In this document: one piece after another, positions 36,684 to 46,602 of the stretch | How the letters are laid out: each line of letters begins with the position of its first letter | Numbering within the stretch: position 1 is the first letter of the stretch | Assembly: GCA_030550155.1 (NCBI GenBank) | Contig: JAUQPZ010000002.1 | Coordinates: forward strand, 769-64,768 | Length of the DNA: 64,000 bases | From: Thermoproteota archaeon | GTDB taxonomy: Archaea; Thermoproteota; Nitrososphaeria_A; Caldarchaeales; Calditenuaceae | Reading direction: 5' to 3' | The notes under the pieces: generated by a model | What the model was told of the DNA's origin: nothing | Seen by the model: only the letters and a program-made list of their open reading frames with translations | Database searches by the model: none | Program-made: the position numbers and the translations under genes

Positions 36684-36761
36684 TGGGCTATAACTTCAGC
36701 GCTAACTCTGCCGCCCCATCAGGGCTTATTCTTGGCTAGACGTTGAGCGGTCAACTCGCGG

Positions 36762-36781
36762 CAAGCATCTAGGCATGCTTG
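36762..36781. promoter_or_regulatory. Near-perfect palindrome CAAGCAT-ctaggc-ATGCTTG in the divergent intergenic region between the YchF-like gene and hyuA; candidate operator
   Basis: 7-bp arms with a 6-nt spacer, read directly. Lies about 20 nt upstream of the hyuA TATA-like TTTTATATTAAT (36800..36811). A second small palindrome GTTGA-gcgg-TCAAC sits at 36742..36755. Confidence 0.3.
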
Positions 36782-36857
36782 TTTCGCCCAACTCAAAGGT
36801 TTTTATATTAATGAAAATGGTTAAACGTTTGATAGGTGGTGCGATCTGGTTTTTAGA

Positions 36858-38897
36858 ATTGGCATAGATATAGGTGGAGCTTTTACGGATTTAGTAGGAT
36901 ACGATGACGAGACTGGTGAGTTCGTCTGGGTGAAGGATGAAACAACTCCGATAGACCCCTCAATCGGCGTGGTGAAAACAATACAGAAGAGCGGAATAGA
37001 TTTCTCGAGAGTTACCTCGATAATACATGGTCAAACGCTTGTCATTAATACTATCATTGAGAGGAAAGGGGTCAAGGTAGGGCTCATAACAACCGAGGGG
37101 TACAGGGATGTTTTAGAGCTGCAGCGATCCAACAGGCGAGATATGTACAATTTCAGGTATAAGAAACCAGACCCTATCGTCCCAAGGTATCTTAGGCTCG
37201 AGGTTGAGGAAAGAGTTATGTCTGATGGCACGGTTTTGAAGCCTCTCAATGAAGAGCATGTGAGGGGCGCCGTCGCCAAGCTACTGAAAGAAAATGTCGA
37301 GAGCATCTGTGTCAGCCTAATTAACTCCTATGCAAACCCCTCACACGAAGAGAGAATAGGCGAGATAGTTCAGTCGCTCACGAATACCCCCGTCACTCTT
37401 GGGCACGAGATAACGAGGGAGTGGAGGGAGTATGAGCGCACCATGACTGCTGTCTTGAACGCATATGTCAAGCCGAAACTTTCCACCTACTTATCCAAGC
37501 TCGAGGGGGAGTTTAGGAGCAGAGGCTTCAAGAGGCACCCCTTCGTCATGCTCTCTAGTGGAGGCGTCTCAACCTTCGAAGCCGCGAAGAAATACCCGAT
37601 CTTCACGATCGAGTCTGGCCCCGTGGCCGGCGTGATAGGCGGTGTTTACATAGCTAGACTCATCGGCGAGAATAACATCATAGTCTTAGATGGCGGCAGC
37701 ACTACCACCAAGGCAAGTCTTGTTGAGAATCTCATACCGAGAGTCCATACAGAGTATTTCGTGGAAAGAACAAGGTACACCGCTGGATATCCGGTAAGGA
37801 TCCCCGTCGTTGATACGTTTGAGATAGGTAATGGGGGGACAAGCATCGCGTGGATTGACGAGATAGGTAACCTGCGCGTGGGGCCGAAGGCTGCGGGCGC
37901 GTTTCCGGGGCCGGCCTGTTATGGAAAAGGTGGTAGTGAACCTACCGTGACGGATGCCTACGTTGTCAACGGCCTGATTAACCCTGAATATCTGCTAGGC
38001 GGGGCGATGAAGATTCATAAGCAGCTTGCTCACAGGTCAATAAAAGAAAAAGTAGCCGACCATTACAATATCTCCGTGGAGGAGGGTGCTGAAGGCATCA
38101 TAAAGCTTGCAAACGAGAACGCGGCATTCGCTATCAGGGTCGTATCTGTTCAGAGGGGCTATGACCCGAGGGACTTTACCCTGATAGTGCACGGTGGCTC
38201 CGGACCCATGTTCGCCCCCTTCATAGCTCAGGAGCTAGAGATAAAGAAGATCATCGTGCCAGTAATTCCTCCCGGAGTCTTCAGCGCGTGGGGGATGCTC
38301 ACCACAGATATTCGACACGACCTCGTTTTTACAGAGATAGTGAGGCTGGACAAGAGGGAGCAGGTTCAAAAAATAAATCAAAACTACGAGCAGTTGGAGG
38401 AGAGAATGATTAGCATCTTTAAGGAGGAGCTGGGTGTGGGTGAGGTCGTGGTTCACAGATATGCTGACATGAGATATTATGGGCAGGAGCACACTGTTAA
38501 AGTCCCCATACCGAATATGAAAATTGGTGAGGAGGAGGTTAGGCTAATCGCGAATAGGTTCCACGAATATCATGAGAGGGAATACGCGTTTAGGCTCGAC
38601 GGGCCCATAGAGATAGTTAACTTCCACGTCGTTGGGGAGTACAAGATAAAGAAGTTTGAGCTAAAGGAAATTCCGCAGACGGCTGACTCACCAGACGACT
38701 CTCTAATAGGTGAGAGAAGAGTCTACCTGAATGGAGACGACTTAACCTTATCGGTATATGACAAGCAGCGGCTATCTCCGGGCTTCAGTTTCGATGGCCC
38801 GGCTATAATAGAAGACCCGACCTCGACTATCCTGGCCCTAAAGGCGCAGAGAGTCTCGGTGGACAAGTATGGAAATGTCATCATTAGCGAGAGGTGA
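36858..38897 (+). CDS. hyuA: Hydantoinase/oxoprolinase family protein, A-subunit (N-methylhydantoinase A / acetone carboxylase beta-like)
   Basis: Strong family match with Hydantoinase_A motifs. The conserved N-terminus (R)IGIDIGGAFTDLVGYDDETGEF is encoded from about 36855 upstream of the track's GTG 36930. The in-frame stop is TAA 36822-36824, and no ATG/GTG/TTG lies between it and the IGIDIGG motif. The feature starts provisionally at ATT 36858. Confidence 0.8.
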   Translation: MGIDIGGAFTDLVGYDDETGEFVWVKDETTPIDPSIGVVKTIQKSGIDFSRVTSIIHGQTLVINTIIERKGVKVGLITTEGYRDVLELQRSNRRDMYNFRYKKPDPIVPRYLRLEVEERVMSDGTVLKPLNEEHVRGAVAKLLKENVESICVSLINSYANPSHEERIGEIVQSLTNTPVTLGHEITREWREYERTMTAVLNAYVKPKLSTYLSKLEGEFRSRGFKRHPFVMLSSGGVSTFEAAKKYPIFTIESGPVAGVIGGVYIARLIGENNIIVLDGGSTTTKASLVENLIPRVHTEYFVERTRYTAGYPVRIPVVDTFEIGNGGTSIAWIDEIGNLRVGPKAAGAFPGPACYGKGGSEPTVTDAYVVNGLINPEYLLGGAMKIHKQLAHRSIKEKVADHYNISVEEGAEGIIKLANENAAFAIRVVSVQRGYDPRDFTLIVHGGSGPMFAPFIAQELEIKKIIVPVIPPGVFSAWGMLTTDIRHDLVFTEIVRLDKREQVQKINQNYEQLEERMISIFKEELGVGEVVVHRYADMRYYGQEHTVKVPIPNMKIGEEEVRLIANRFHEYHEREYAFRLDGPIEIVNFHVVGEYKIKKFELKEIPQTADSPDDSLIGERRVYLNGDDLTLSVYDKQRLSPGFSFDGPAIIEDPTSTILALKAQRVSVDKYGNVIISER

Positions 38898-38903
38898 GAA
38901 GGG

Positions 38904-40658
38904 ATGAGTAAGTCTGATTTCTTCACATTAGAGATCATCAAAAACGGCCTCATCACCGCTAACGAGGAGATGTTTTATGCATTCGGAAGAACCGCCAAGA
39001 GCCCCGTAATCTATGAGGTTTTAGACTACGCAGTAGCGATGGCTGACCAGCGTGGAGAGCTGATAGCGCAGGCCCCAGGCGTACCCGGGTTCTCGGGCGT
39101 CCTCGACTTCGCGGCTCGTGAGGTGCTTGAAAAGTGGAATGGCGAGCTTTATCCAGGGGATGTCGTCGCCCTTAATGTCCCCTACAAGTCAGGCACACAC
39201 CTGAACGATGTCACATTGGCGTTACCGGTCTTCCATAGGGGTGAGCTTCTCTCGCTCATTCTGAATAAGGGGCATTGGAGCGAGGTTGGTGGCATGCATT
39301 TTGGTAGCTGGACCTCTGACTCAAGCGAGATTTATCAGGAGGGGCTCTTGCTCCCGTGCGTCAAGGTGTATAATGAGGGGAAGCCCAATAGAGACGTCAT
39401 TGACATAATCTTGGAGAATTCGAGGCTTCCACAGCATACGCTAGGAGATATGGAGGCGCAGGTTGCCTCAATGAAGGTTGCCGCGCGCCGCGTCGAGAAG
39501 CTCGTAGAGAAGTATGGGGTAGACATGGTTAAGAAGGCGATGGATAAGATCATCGATGACGGATACAGGCTGGCGCTGATTAATCTTAAGAAGCTGCCAA
39601 AGGGTGTCTTCGAAGCCGAGGACTATGTTGATGATGATGGCTTGACGGATAACCCTGTATATGTCCGAGTCAAAGTCTCTATTACGGATGAAGAGTTTAC
39701 CGCCGACTTTACAGGCAGCGGCACGGCTAAGGGGTCCATAGCCTCACCATACGCAGCCACGGTATCAGGTGTGAGAGAGACCTACATGGCGGTAACGGAC
39801 CCCCATGTCCATTTCAACGGAGGATACTTCAGGCCGCTCAAGGTAATTGCGCCGCCCGGCTCAGTCTTCCACCCCACAAAGCCCACGCCGACATCAACCT
39901 ACTGGGAGTCCATGGCCTACACAACTGACCTCGTATGGAAAGCCCTCGCACCACATGTCCCTGATAAGCTCACAGCTGGCCACTTCCTATCGATCCTAGC
40001 CACGATACTAGGCGGCGTAGATGACAGGACTGGGGAGCCGTTCGCAATTGTAGAGCCTCAGCCCGGCGGCTGGGGAGCCGGCCATGATAAGGACGGTGAG
40101 AGCGGGCTCGTGGCTTGTGGAGACGGTGAAACATTCATCGCATCCAACGAGGTGTATGAGAAGCATATGCCGATACTGGTGGACAGGTATTGCTTAAACA
40201 TCGACAGCGGAACAGGCCACGGGAAGTTTAGGGGTGGGTTCGGAGTAATCAAGGATTACAGAGTCCTGTGCAACGAGGCATATTTTACGGTGTCTATAGG
40301 CCGAAGCAAGTTCCCGCCCTGGGGAGTCGCTGGCGGACTGAACGGTACTCCCAACTACTGCGTCATCTTCAAGCATGGCGAGGAGCCCAGGGTTGTCCGG
40401 AAGATTGCCGCACTGAAGCTGAGAAAGGGTGAGGTCGTGAGCCTTAGGTCTGGAGGAGGCGGGGGATGGGGAGACCCGTTGGAGAGAGAGCCTGAGAGGG
40501 TGCGGATGGATGTAAAGAACGAGTACATCACCATCGAGACGGCCCGGAATATCTACGGCGTCGTCCTCGACCCGGAGACGTTAGAAATAGATAGGGAGGC
40601 AACCGCGAAGCTGAGGGAAAGGCTGAAGCGAGAGAAAGGACAGAGAGCAAGCAAATAG
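38904..40658 (+). CDS. hyuB: Hydantoinase B/oxoprolinase family protein (N-methylhydantoinase B-like)
   Basis: 584 aa, Hydantoinase_B family-wide similarity; starts 7 nt after hyuA. Confidence 0.85.
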   Translation: MSKSDFFTLEIIKNGLITANEEMFYAFGRTAKSPVIYEVLDYAVAMADQRGELIAQAPGVPGFSGVLDFAAREVLEKWNGELYPGDVVALNVPYKSGTHLNDVTLALPVFHRGELLSLILNKGHWSEVGGMHFGSWTSDSSEIYQEGLLLPCVKVYNEGKPNRDVIDIILENSRLPQHTLGDMEAQVASMKVAARRVEKLVEKYGVDMVKKAMDKIIDDGYRLALINLKKLPKGVFEAEDYVDDDGLTDNPVYVRVKVSITDEEFTADFTGSGTAKGSIASPYAATVSGVRETYMAVTDPHVHFNGGYFRPLKVIAPPGSVFHPTKPTPTSTYWESMAYTTDLVWKALAPHVPDKLTAGHFLSILATILGGVDDRTGEPFAIVEPQPGGWGAGHDKDGESGLVACGDGETFIASNEVYEKHMPILVDRYCLNIDSGTGHGKFRGGFGVIKDYRVLCNEAYFTVSIGRSKFPPWGVAGGLNGTPNYCVIFKHGEEPRVVRKIAALKLRKGEVVSLRSGGGGGWGDPLEREPERVRMDVKNEYITIETARNIYGVVLDPETLEIDREATAKLRERLKREKGQRASK

Positions 40659-40734
40659 TGCTCTGGGAGAGAGGCCATACATTTTCCAACTGCTCCAAAC
40701 TCTTATAATCCACTACTTTCACCTGTTACTTGTT

Positions 40735-41838
40735 ATGTTTGAGCCTCGGGTTGAGAAGCTTAGAGGAGAGATGAGGCATCCGGGTCTCGACGCAGCGATC
40801 TTAACATCCGAGCACAACATGCTATACCTCTCAGGGTATAGCGCTGTATCTCTGGAGAGGTTGATAGCTTTGCTTATCTTCAGAGAGCAGGACAAGTCGT
40901 GTCTCATAGTGCCGGAACTTGAGAGGGAGAGGGCGGAGGAGAACTGTAAACTTCAGGGCGTAGAGATACTCTCTTACAGAGATAATGAAAACCCTGTGTC
41001 GATTCTGGTGGGGCTCCTCTCGAAAAACCGCGTCTCCAGCCTCGGAGTGGAGGGAAGCACACCCTACAGATTCATCTATCCGCTACACTCCTCTCAGCCC
41101 CCCATCACCCTTTCCCTAATCGACGACATCATGTATTCACTAAGGATAGTCAAGGATGAAAGGGAAGTCGAGTGCCTAGAGAAGGCGGCGGAGATCAATA
41201 ACAAGCTGCTTATAGATGCTGTTAACCATGTAAAGCCGGGTTTATCCGAGAGAGATTTAGCGTCCTTCGTGAGGGCGCGGGCGCTGGAGCTCGGGGCCGA
41301 TGAAGTTGCATTCGTCCTTATCCAGTCGGGAAGCAACTCAGCTCTGCCGCATCAAGAACCGACCACGAGAAAGATAAGCAGCGGCGACATAGTGCTGTTC
41401 GACATAGGAATAAGGTACATGGGTTACTACTCCGACATAACTCGTACGGTCACGTACGATAAGCCACTTCCACGACAGCAAGAAATCTTCGAAATTGTGG
41501 AGAGGTCTCAGTCTGAAGCCCTCTCTAAAATCTCGGAGGGCGCGAGAGCACAGGAGATAGATGGTGAGGCGAGGAGAATAATAACCGAGGCTGGTTATGG
41601 CCGATTCTTCATTCACAGGACAGGGCACGGGCTGGGCCTAGAGGTGCATGAGCCCCCCTACATAAGGGAGGGAAACCTTCAGGAGCTGAGGAGAAGCATG
41701 GTCTTCACTGTTGAGCCTGGCATATACCTTGCGGGGGAGTTCGGGGTCAGGCTGGAGGACAACGTTATAGTGAGCGGGAATGGTTATAGGAACCTGACAA
41801 AGCTCCCGAAGTCTCTCCAAATCAAAGACTATGCCTAG
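40735..41838 (+). CDS. Xaa-Pro dipeptidase / M24B-family metallopeptidase (prolidase-like)
   Basis: 367 aa with a creatinase-like N-domain and a pita-bread C-domain carrying metal ligands (…HRTGHGLGLEVHEPPYI…, …VFTVEPGIY…). Confidence 0.85.
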   Translation: MFEPRVEKLRGEMRHPGLDAAILTSEHNMLYLSGYSAVSLERLIALLIFREQDKSCLIVPELERERAEENCKLQGVEILSYRDNENPVSILVGLLSKNRVSSLGVEGSTPYRFIYPLHSSQPPITLSLIDDIMYSLRIVKDEREVECLEKAAEINNKLLIDAVNHVKPGLSERDLASFVRARALELGADEVAFVLIQSGSNSALPHQEPTTRKISSGDIVLFDIGIRYMGYYSDITRTVTYDKPLPRQQEIFEIVERSQSEALSKISEGARAQEIDGEARRIITEAGYGRFFIHRTGHGLGLEVHEPPYIREGNLQELRRSMVFTVEPGIYLAGEFGVRLEDNVIVSGNGYRNLTKLPKSLQIKDYA

Positions 41839-41843
41839 ACCCG

Positions 41844-42812
41844 CTACTCGTATAGCCAACACCTGACAACGTGTTCCTTGTCTGCCAAGATGTCGGGCGG
41901 CTCACGCTCGCTACAAATCGGCTTCGCGAAGGGGCACCTGGTATGAAACCTACAGCCCTTTGGAGGGTTCAAGGCGCTGGGAATTTCTCCGATGGACTCT
42001 ATACCCTTGGGCTTTACACTCTCATCCTCTTTGGAGAGCGCGGGTATTGAGGAGAGAAGCATCTGAGTGTAGGGGTGCAACGGCTTGCGGAAGAACTCCT
42101 CCGTCGGAGCTTCCTCGTACACCTTGCCCAAGTACATAATCAGGACCCGGTGGGCGATGTTCCTTACAACGCCTAAGTCATGGGTGATTAGCAGATAACT
42201 GAGGTTACGCTCCCTCTGGATTTTGTTCAGGGTGTTGAGCACCTTTGCCTGTGATGAGACGTCGAGGGCTGAAGTTGACTCGTCGAGAATAAGGAATGAG
42301 GGGTTGGGGGCCAGCGCCCTCGCTATCGCCACGAGCTGTTTCTCCCCTCCTCCCAATTCTTGAGGATACTTGAAGAGGAACTCCTCGCTAAGCCCGACGA
42401 ATTCCAGAAGCTCGGCCACCTTGCTGTGAAGCTCTCTCTTGTCCGTAACTCGATGAATCCTGAGGGGCAGCCCAACAATGTCTTTCACCATGTGCTTGGG
42501 GTTAAGCGAGGTGCCCGGGTCCTGAAACACTATCTGCAGGTCTCTCTTGAGCTCAAGGCTTCTCCTCTTTATGGGGACTGAGAGGTCGTAGGAGTCCTTG
42601 TATGTGAGCTGTCCGCCGTCAGGAGTGTAGAACCCCATGATTAGGTGCCCAGTGGTTGTTTTTCCAGACCCTGACTCACCCACGAGTGCGAGAGTCTCGC
42701 CATACTTGACCGAGAAGCTTACACCATCCACAGCCTTGACAGTCCCCTCTTTAATGTTGAAGTATTTTCTAAGATCGGAGACATTTAGTATGAAGTTGTT
42801 CTGAAGGCTCAT
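41844..42812 (-). CDS. oppF: Oligopeptide/dipeptide ABC transporter ATP-binding protein (OppF/DppF-like)
   Basis: Walker A GESGSGKTT, signature LGGGEKQLVAIARAL, C-terminal oligopeptide-transporter extension with Cys cluster (CRFHTRCPFA…C). Confidence 0.85.
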   Translation of the reverse strand: MSLQNNFILNVSDLRKYFNIKEGTVKAVDGVSFSVKYGETLALVGESGSGKTTTGHLIMGFYTPDGGQLTYKDSYDLSVPIKRRSLELKRDLQIVFQDPGTSLNPKHMVKDIVGLPLRIHRVTDKRELHSKVAELLEFVGLSEEFLFKYPQELGGGEKQLVAIARALAPNPSFLILDESTSALDVSSQAKVLNTLNKIQRERNLSYLLITHDLGVVRNIAHRVLIMYLGKVYEEAPTEEFFRKPLHPYTQMLLSSIPALSKEDESVKPKGIESIGEIPSALNPPKGCRFHTRCPFAKPICSEREPPDILADKEHVVRCWLYE

Positions 42813-42819
42813 GCCCTAC

Positions 42820-43800
42820 TCACTCGTATAGATGGCATGCGACAGTATGGTCGGCATTAACCTGTGTCCTTCCCGGCTTCACGTTGTAACACTTCTCCAT
42901 AGCGAAGGGGCATCTTGGAGCAAATCTGCACCCGCTAGGGGGAGACCTGTAATCAGGTAGCTTCCCCTTTATTCCCTCGCCGATGCCTCGCTCACTTATC
43001 CTTGGCGCGCTAGCTATGAGTAACTGAGTATAAGGGTGCTTTGGATGTTCGAACAGCTCCTCTGTACCCGCCTCCTCCATTATATCTCCAGCGTATAGGA
43101 CATAAGACCGGTCAGTCATCTGCCGAACCATCCCCAAGGCATGTGAGACAAGAACCGTGCTCAGGCCCCTCTCCTTCACAAGCCTTCCTATCAGCCTTAA
43201 TATCTGGTCTTGAATAGTCACATCTATGTTTGTGGTGGGCTCGTCCGCAAGCAGAAGCTTACCTGCGGATAACAGGGCCATAGCAATCATAACCCTCTGT
43301 CTCATACCCCCGCTGAGCTGGAAAGGATAGGATTCTAGTACCCGTTCATGGTCTGGGAGCCGGACATCGCTTAACACTCTTAAAGCCTCTTCATGCAGCT
43401 CCTCCCTCGAGGGGCTCACGCCATCAGCGAGCATCTTGTACTTTATGATGTCGTACAGCTGGTCCTTTATTTTGAAGACAGGGTTCAGCGCTGCCATGGG
43501 GTCCTGGAAGATCATGCCAATCTCCCTCCTCCTCACCGATGCCAGAACCCTGTCGTCGGCCTTCAGTATCTCTATGTCTCTGAACCTTATCTGGCCCCTC
43601 GGAATCACGCTGTTCTGAGGAAGAACCTTCAGGATGGACTTCAACAACGTGGTTTTTCCGCTCCCCGTCTCCCCAATTATTCCAACTCTCTCACCCTCGT
43701 TCATTCTCAGCCAAACACCATTTAACACCTTATGTGTATACCAGTAACTTTTGTAGTGGACGTGCAGGTCTTCAACGCTCAGTATCATCCTCTCAATCAC
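42820..43800 (-). CDS. oppD: Oligopeptide/dipeptide ABC transporter ATP-binding protein (OppD/DppD-like)
   Basis: Walker A GETGSGKTT, signature LSGGMRQRVMIAMAL, C-terminal Cys cluster (CRFAPRCPFAMEKC). Confidence 0.85.
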   Translation of the reverse strand: MIERMILSVEDLHVHYKSYWYTHKVLNGVWLRMNEGERVGIIGETGSGKTTLLKSILKVLPQNSVIPRGQIRFRDIEILKADDRVLASVRRREIGMIFQDPMAALNPVFKIKDQLYDIIKYKMLADGVSPSREELHEEALRVLSDVRLPDHERVLESYPFQLSGGMRQRVMIAMALLSAGKLLLADEPTTNIDVTIQDQILRLIGRLVKERGLSTVLVSHALGMVRQMTDRSYVLYAGDIMEEAGTEELFEHPKHPYTQLLIASAPRISERGIGEGIKGKLPDYRSPPSGCRFAPRCPFAMEKCYNVKPGRTQVNADHTVACHLYE

Positions 43801-44701
43801 CCGCGAAGACGTCTCTTATTCCGTCGCCAAGTAAGTTAAATGAGAGTATTATTAATATGATTCCCATTGCGGGGCCTATGCTCATCCACCAGTATTCGGG
43901 AAGGTACTTGCTGTATTCCGAGACCATCGTGCCTAGGTCTGGCGTGGGGGGCTGGGCTCCTAGACCCACAAAACTTATCGCGGCTCCTATCAGGACCACC
44001 CAGCCCGCGTCGAGTGTGACTTTGGTGAGGATTATGCCCAGCTGATTCGGCAAAAGTTCTCGAAACAGTATGTGGAGGCTGGAGGCGCCCTGAGCCTCTA
44101 CAGCTAAAATAAAAGGCTCATTCCTTAGGGAGGTAGTGACTGAGTGTGTCAGCTTTACGTACCAAGGCCACCACATCAGCGAGACCGCCAGCATCGCATT
44201 GTATATGTTGGGCTCCAATATCGAGGCTATGGCGAGTGCCAGCACAAGGTACGGAATTGAGATAAAGATGTCAGATAACCTGATAATGACTGTCTCGACG
44301 ATAGTCCCCCTATAATATCCGGCGATGAGCCCCAGAATGACCCCGGTCGGCACAACCAGGGATAATACGATTCCTATGAGGAGGAATGCGAATCTGAACC
44401 CAAAGATCACGCGGCTCAACACGTCTCTGCCATACATGTCCGTGCCTAGCCAATGTTCCCAGCTGGGCGGCTTGTACGCGTCTGCGAAGTTAATGTATAG
44501 CCCTGCGTGCTCTGGATATGGAGCTATAAACTCGGCGAAGGCCACCATGACCATGAGGCCGCTTATGAGCGTGAGCCCTACTATCGAGAGCTTACTTCTC
44601 TTAAACCTAAACCAAACCCTCCTCAGATTCTCTCTCCTTACCTTGGACTCGAGCTCAGCATATCTCCTCTGTAATTCTGAGGCTTTCTCCACACCCCTCA
44701 C
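43793..44701 (-). CDS. oppC: Oligopeptide ABC transporter permease (OppC/DppC-like)
   Basis: 302 aa with 6 TM segments and a BPD-transporter EAA-like loop. Confidence 0.85.
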   Translation of the reverse strand: MRGVEKASELQRRYAELESKVRRENLRRVWFRFKRSKLSIVGLTLISGLMVMVAFAEFIAPYPEHAGLYINFADAYKPPSWEHWLGTDMYGRDVLSRVIFGFRFAFLLIGIVLSLVVPTGVILGLIAGYYRGTIVETVIIRLSDIFISIPYLVLALAIASILEPNIYNAMLAVSLMWWPWYVKLTHSVTTSLRNEPFILAVEAQGASSLHILFRELLPNQLGIILTKVTLDAGWVVLIGAAISFVGLGAQPPTPDLGTMVSEYSKYLPEYWWMSIGPAMGIILIILSFNLLGDGIRDVFAGD

Positions 44702-45786
44702 CTCTTATGCTTCACGCGTGGGTCCAGCCGCGAGACGATCAGATCAATAAATATCGAGGCCAACGTGTATGCGAGCCCTATCACCAGAACCACCCCAACT
44801 ATGGCGTTCAAGTCCTTCCTCAGCATAGCGGTTATACCATACCTTGAGAGGCCGGGCCAATTAAATATGACCTCGACAAGGAACGCGTTCCCGATGAGCG
44901 AAGCCATGTCGAGAGTCATTATGGTGACTGTTGGAATCATCGAAGGCTTGAGGGCATACTTGAAGAATACGGTGGAGCTGGGAAGTCCGTGAGCGTACAT
45001 GTTAAGAATGTAGTCCTTGTTTACGTTCTCTATCAGGTTTGCCCTCAGTATTCTCGCTTCTTGTGCTATGGTCCCTATTGCCAGTGCGAGAGACGGTATG
45101 ATGAGGTGGCTTAGGGCGTCGAGAAATGCAGGCAGGTTACCTTGTAGGATTGAGTCCAGAGTGACTAGCCCCGTTATCCTCCTGACATCGTAGCCCAGAC
45201 TAAGCCTCCCATAGGCTGGGAGCAAATCAAGCCAGCTTGCGAGGACAAGCTGAAGTATTATAGCCCAAACAAAAGATGGGATAGCTATTCCCGCATAGGA
45301 AAAAATCCTCACCAAGTTGTCAACTAAAGAATTAGGCCGCCTGCCACTAATCACGCCTAAAGCGAATGCTCCGATAACGTCTATAATAAGCGCAAAGATC
45401 AGGAGCTCTAAAGTCGCGGGGAGAAACTCTAAGATGTCTGTTGTGACATCTCTGAAAGTAACCAGCGAGATTCCCAGTCTGCCGCGGAAGACATCTGAGA
45501 GCCAGGCAAAATATTGAATATAGAGGGGCTCATTGAGGCGTAGTGCGGCTCTGTACTGCTCGACCACCTCTTCCGGGGCACGGGGGCCCAGAGCGAGTCT
45601 AGCGGGGTCTCCCGGCAAGACCCGCGCAATAGTGAAAATCAGTATCGAGATGCCCAAGAGCGTAAATATGCTGTACGCCATTTTCCTGACGTAAAAGTTG
45701 TCGAGCAGCTTGTTCATCCTTGACCCCAACCCCCGTGGTTTGAGGGGGCTAATTCCTGGGGCTGGCTCGGGGGAATTATTCTTCAT
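44698..45786 (-). CDS. oppB: Oligopeptide ABC transporter permease (OppB/DppB-like)
   Basis: 362 aa with 6 TM segments, BPD_transp_1 family. Confidence 0.85.
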   Translation of the reverse strand: MKNNSPEPAPGISPLKPRGLGSRMNKLLDNFYVRKMAYSIFTLLGISILIFTIARVLPGDPARLALGPRAPEEVVEQYRAALRLNEPLYIQYFAWLSDVFRGRLGISLVTFRDVTTDILEFLPATLELLIFALIIDVIGAFALGVISGRRPNSLVDNLVRIFSYAGIAIPSFVWAIILQLVLASWLDLLPAYGRLSLGYDVRRITGLVTLDSILQGNLPAFLDALSHLIIPSLALAIGTIAQEARILRANLIENVNKDYILNMYAHGLPSSTVFFKYALKPSMIPTVTIMTLDMASLIGNAFLVEVIFNWPGLSRYGITAMLRKDLNAIVGVVLVIGLAYTLASIFIDLIVSRLDPRVKHKR

Positions 45787-45807
45787 GGCGGATCCAGGAG
45801 CAGGGCA

Positions 45808-46557
45808 TCATAAGAGGTCGCTCAACTTCCACCTCTCAAGCTCAGATGCCGGGGGAGGCTCATAGCTGTAGATTCTACTGTGAGTCCATCCGCAGAGCTC
45901 CTTAACTCTGACATATTGCTCTGCGTGTTTAAGCGACGCTATTATGGGGTCTATAACGGGTATCCTGTATCTCTCCTGCACGTCGCGGTAAAAACCGAAA
46001 AAGACTGTGCAGCCAAGTATCACGACCTCCGCCCCCTCTCTTATGCTCTCCTCAACAGCCCTCAGAAGCCTCTTTTCTGTCTCACTCTCGTCTCTGTGGA
46101 GGTCGTGAACCCCCAGCTCTATATCTTTGAAGGAAGTGAGCCTGCTCTCTAACCCGTATTCCCTCACCCTGCTCATCATTAATGGGATCCATTTTTTCCT
46201 GCCAACTATGATTGAGAACTTGTCGCCGAGAGAGAGGGCGAGACTCGTCGAAGACTCCAGAGGCGCTGTTACAACTAGATTGCTTATCTCCCTAGCCTCC
46301 CTGAGCCCAGGGTCGTAGAAGCAGCCTATGATGCAGGCGTCGTATCCCGCCTTCTCAGCACTCTTAACCTCCCTCAAGATGTGTGGCACAACCAGAGCAT
46401 CATATGAGTAGTATTCTAGGTGGTGGGGGCCTGATTTGAAGGAGACTACGTCAAGTTTTGTTGATGGCTCGGTGTAATGGCTCAGGTACTCCTTCATAGG
46501 TGAGTCGAAAACGTCTGTTCCGACGGGGTTTATGAAGAGGATTTTAGTCAAGTTCAA
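45808..46557 (-). CDS. Asp/Glu/hydantoin racemase-family protein
   Basis: 249 aa with a two-domain racemase-like pattern and conserved Cys-containing segments (…DACIIGCFYDPG…, …VVILGCTVF…). Embedded between oppA and oppB. Confidence 0.65.
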   Translation of the reverse strand: MNLTKILFINPVGTDVFDSPMKEYLSHYTEPSTKLDVVSFKSGPHHLEYYSYDALVVPHILREVKSAEKAGYDACIIGCFYDPGLREAREISNLVVTAPLESSTSLALSLGDKFSIIVGRKKWIPLMMSRVREYGLESRLTSFKDIELGVHDLHRDESETEKRLLRAVEESIREGAEVVILGCTVFFGFYRDVQERYRIPVIDPIIASLKHAEQYVRVKELCGWTHSRIYSYEPPPASELERWKLSDLL

Positions 46558-46602
46558 CAGCCTCTAAAAAACTCTTGAAAAAACTTGGTGGCTCGCTCCG
46601 CG

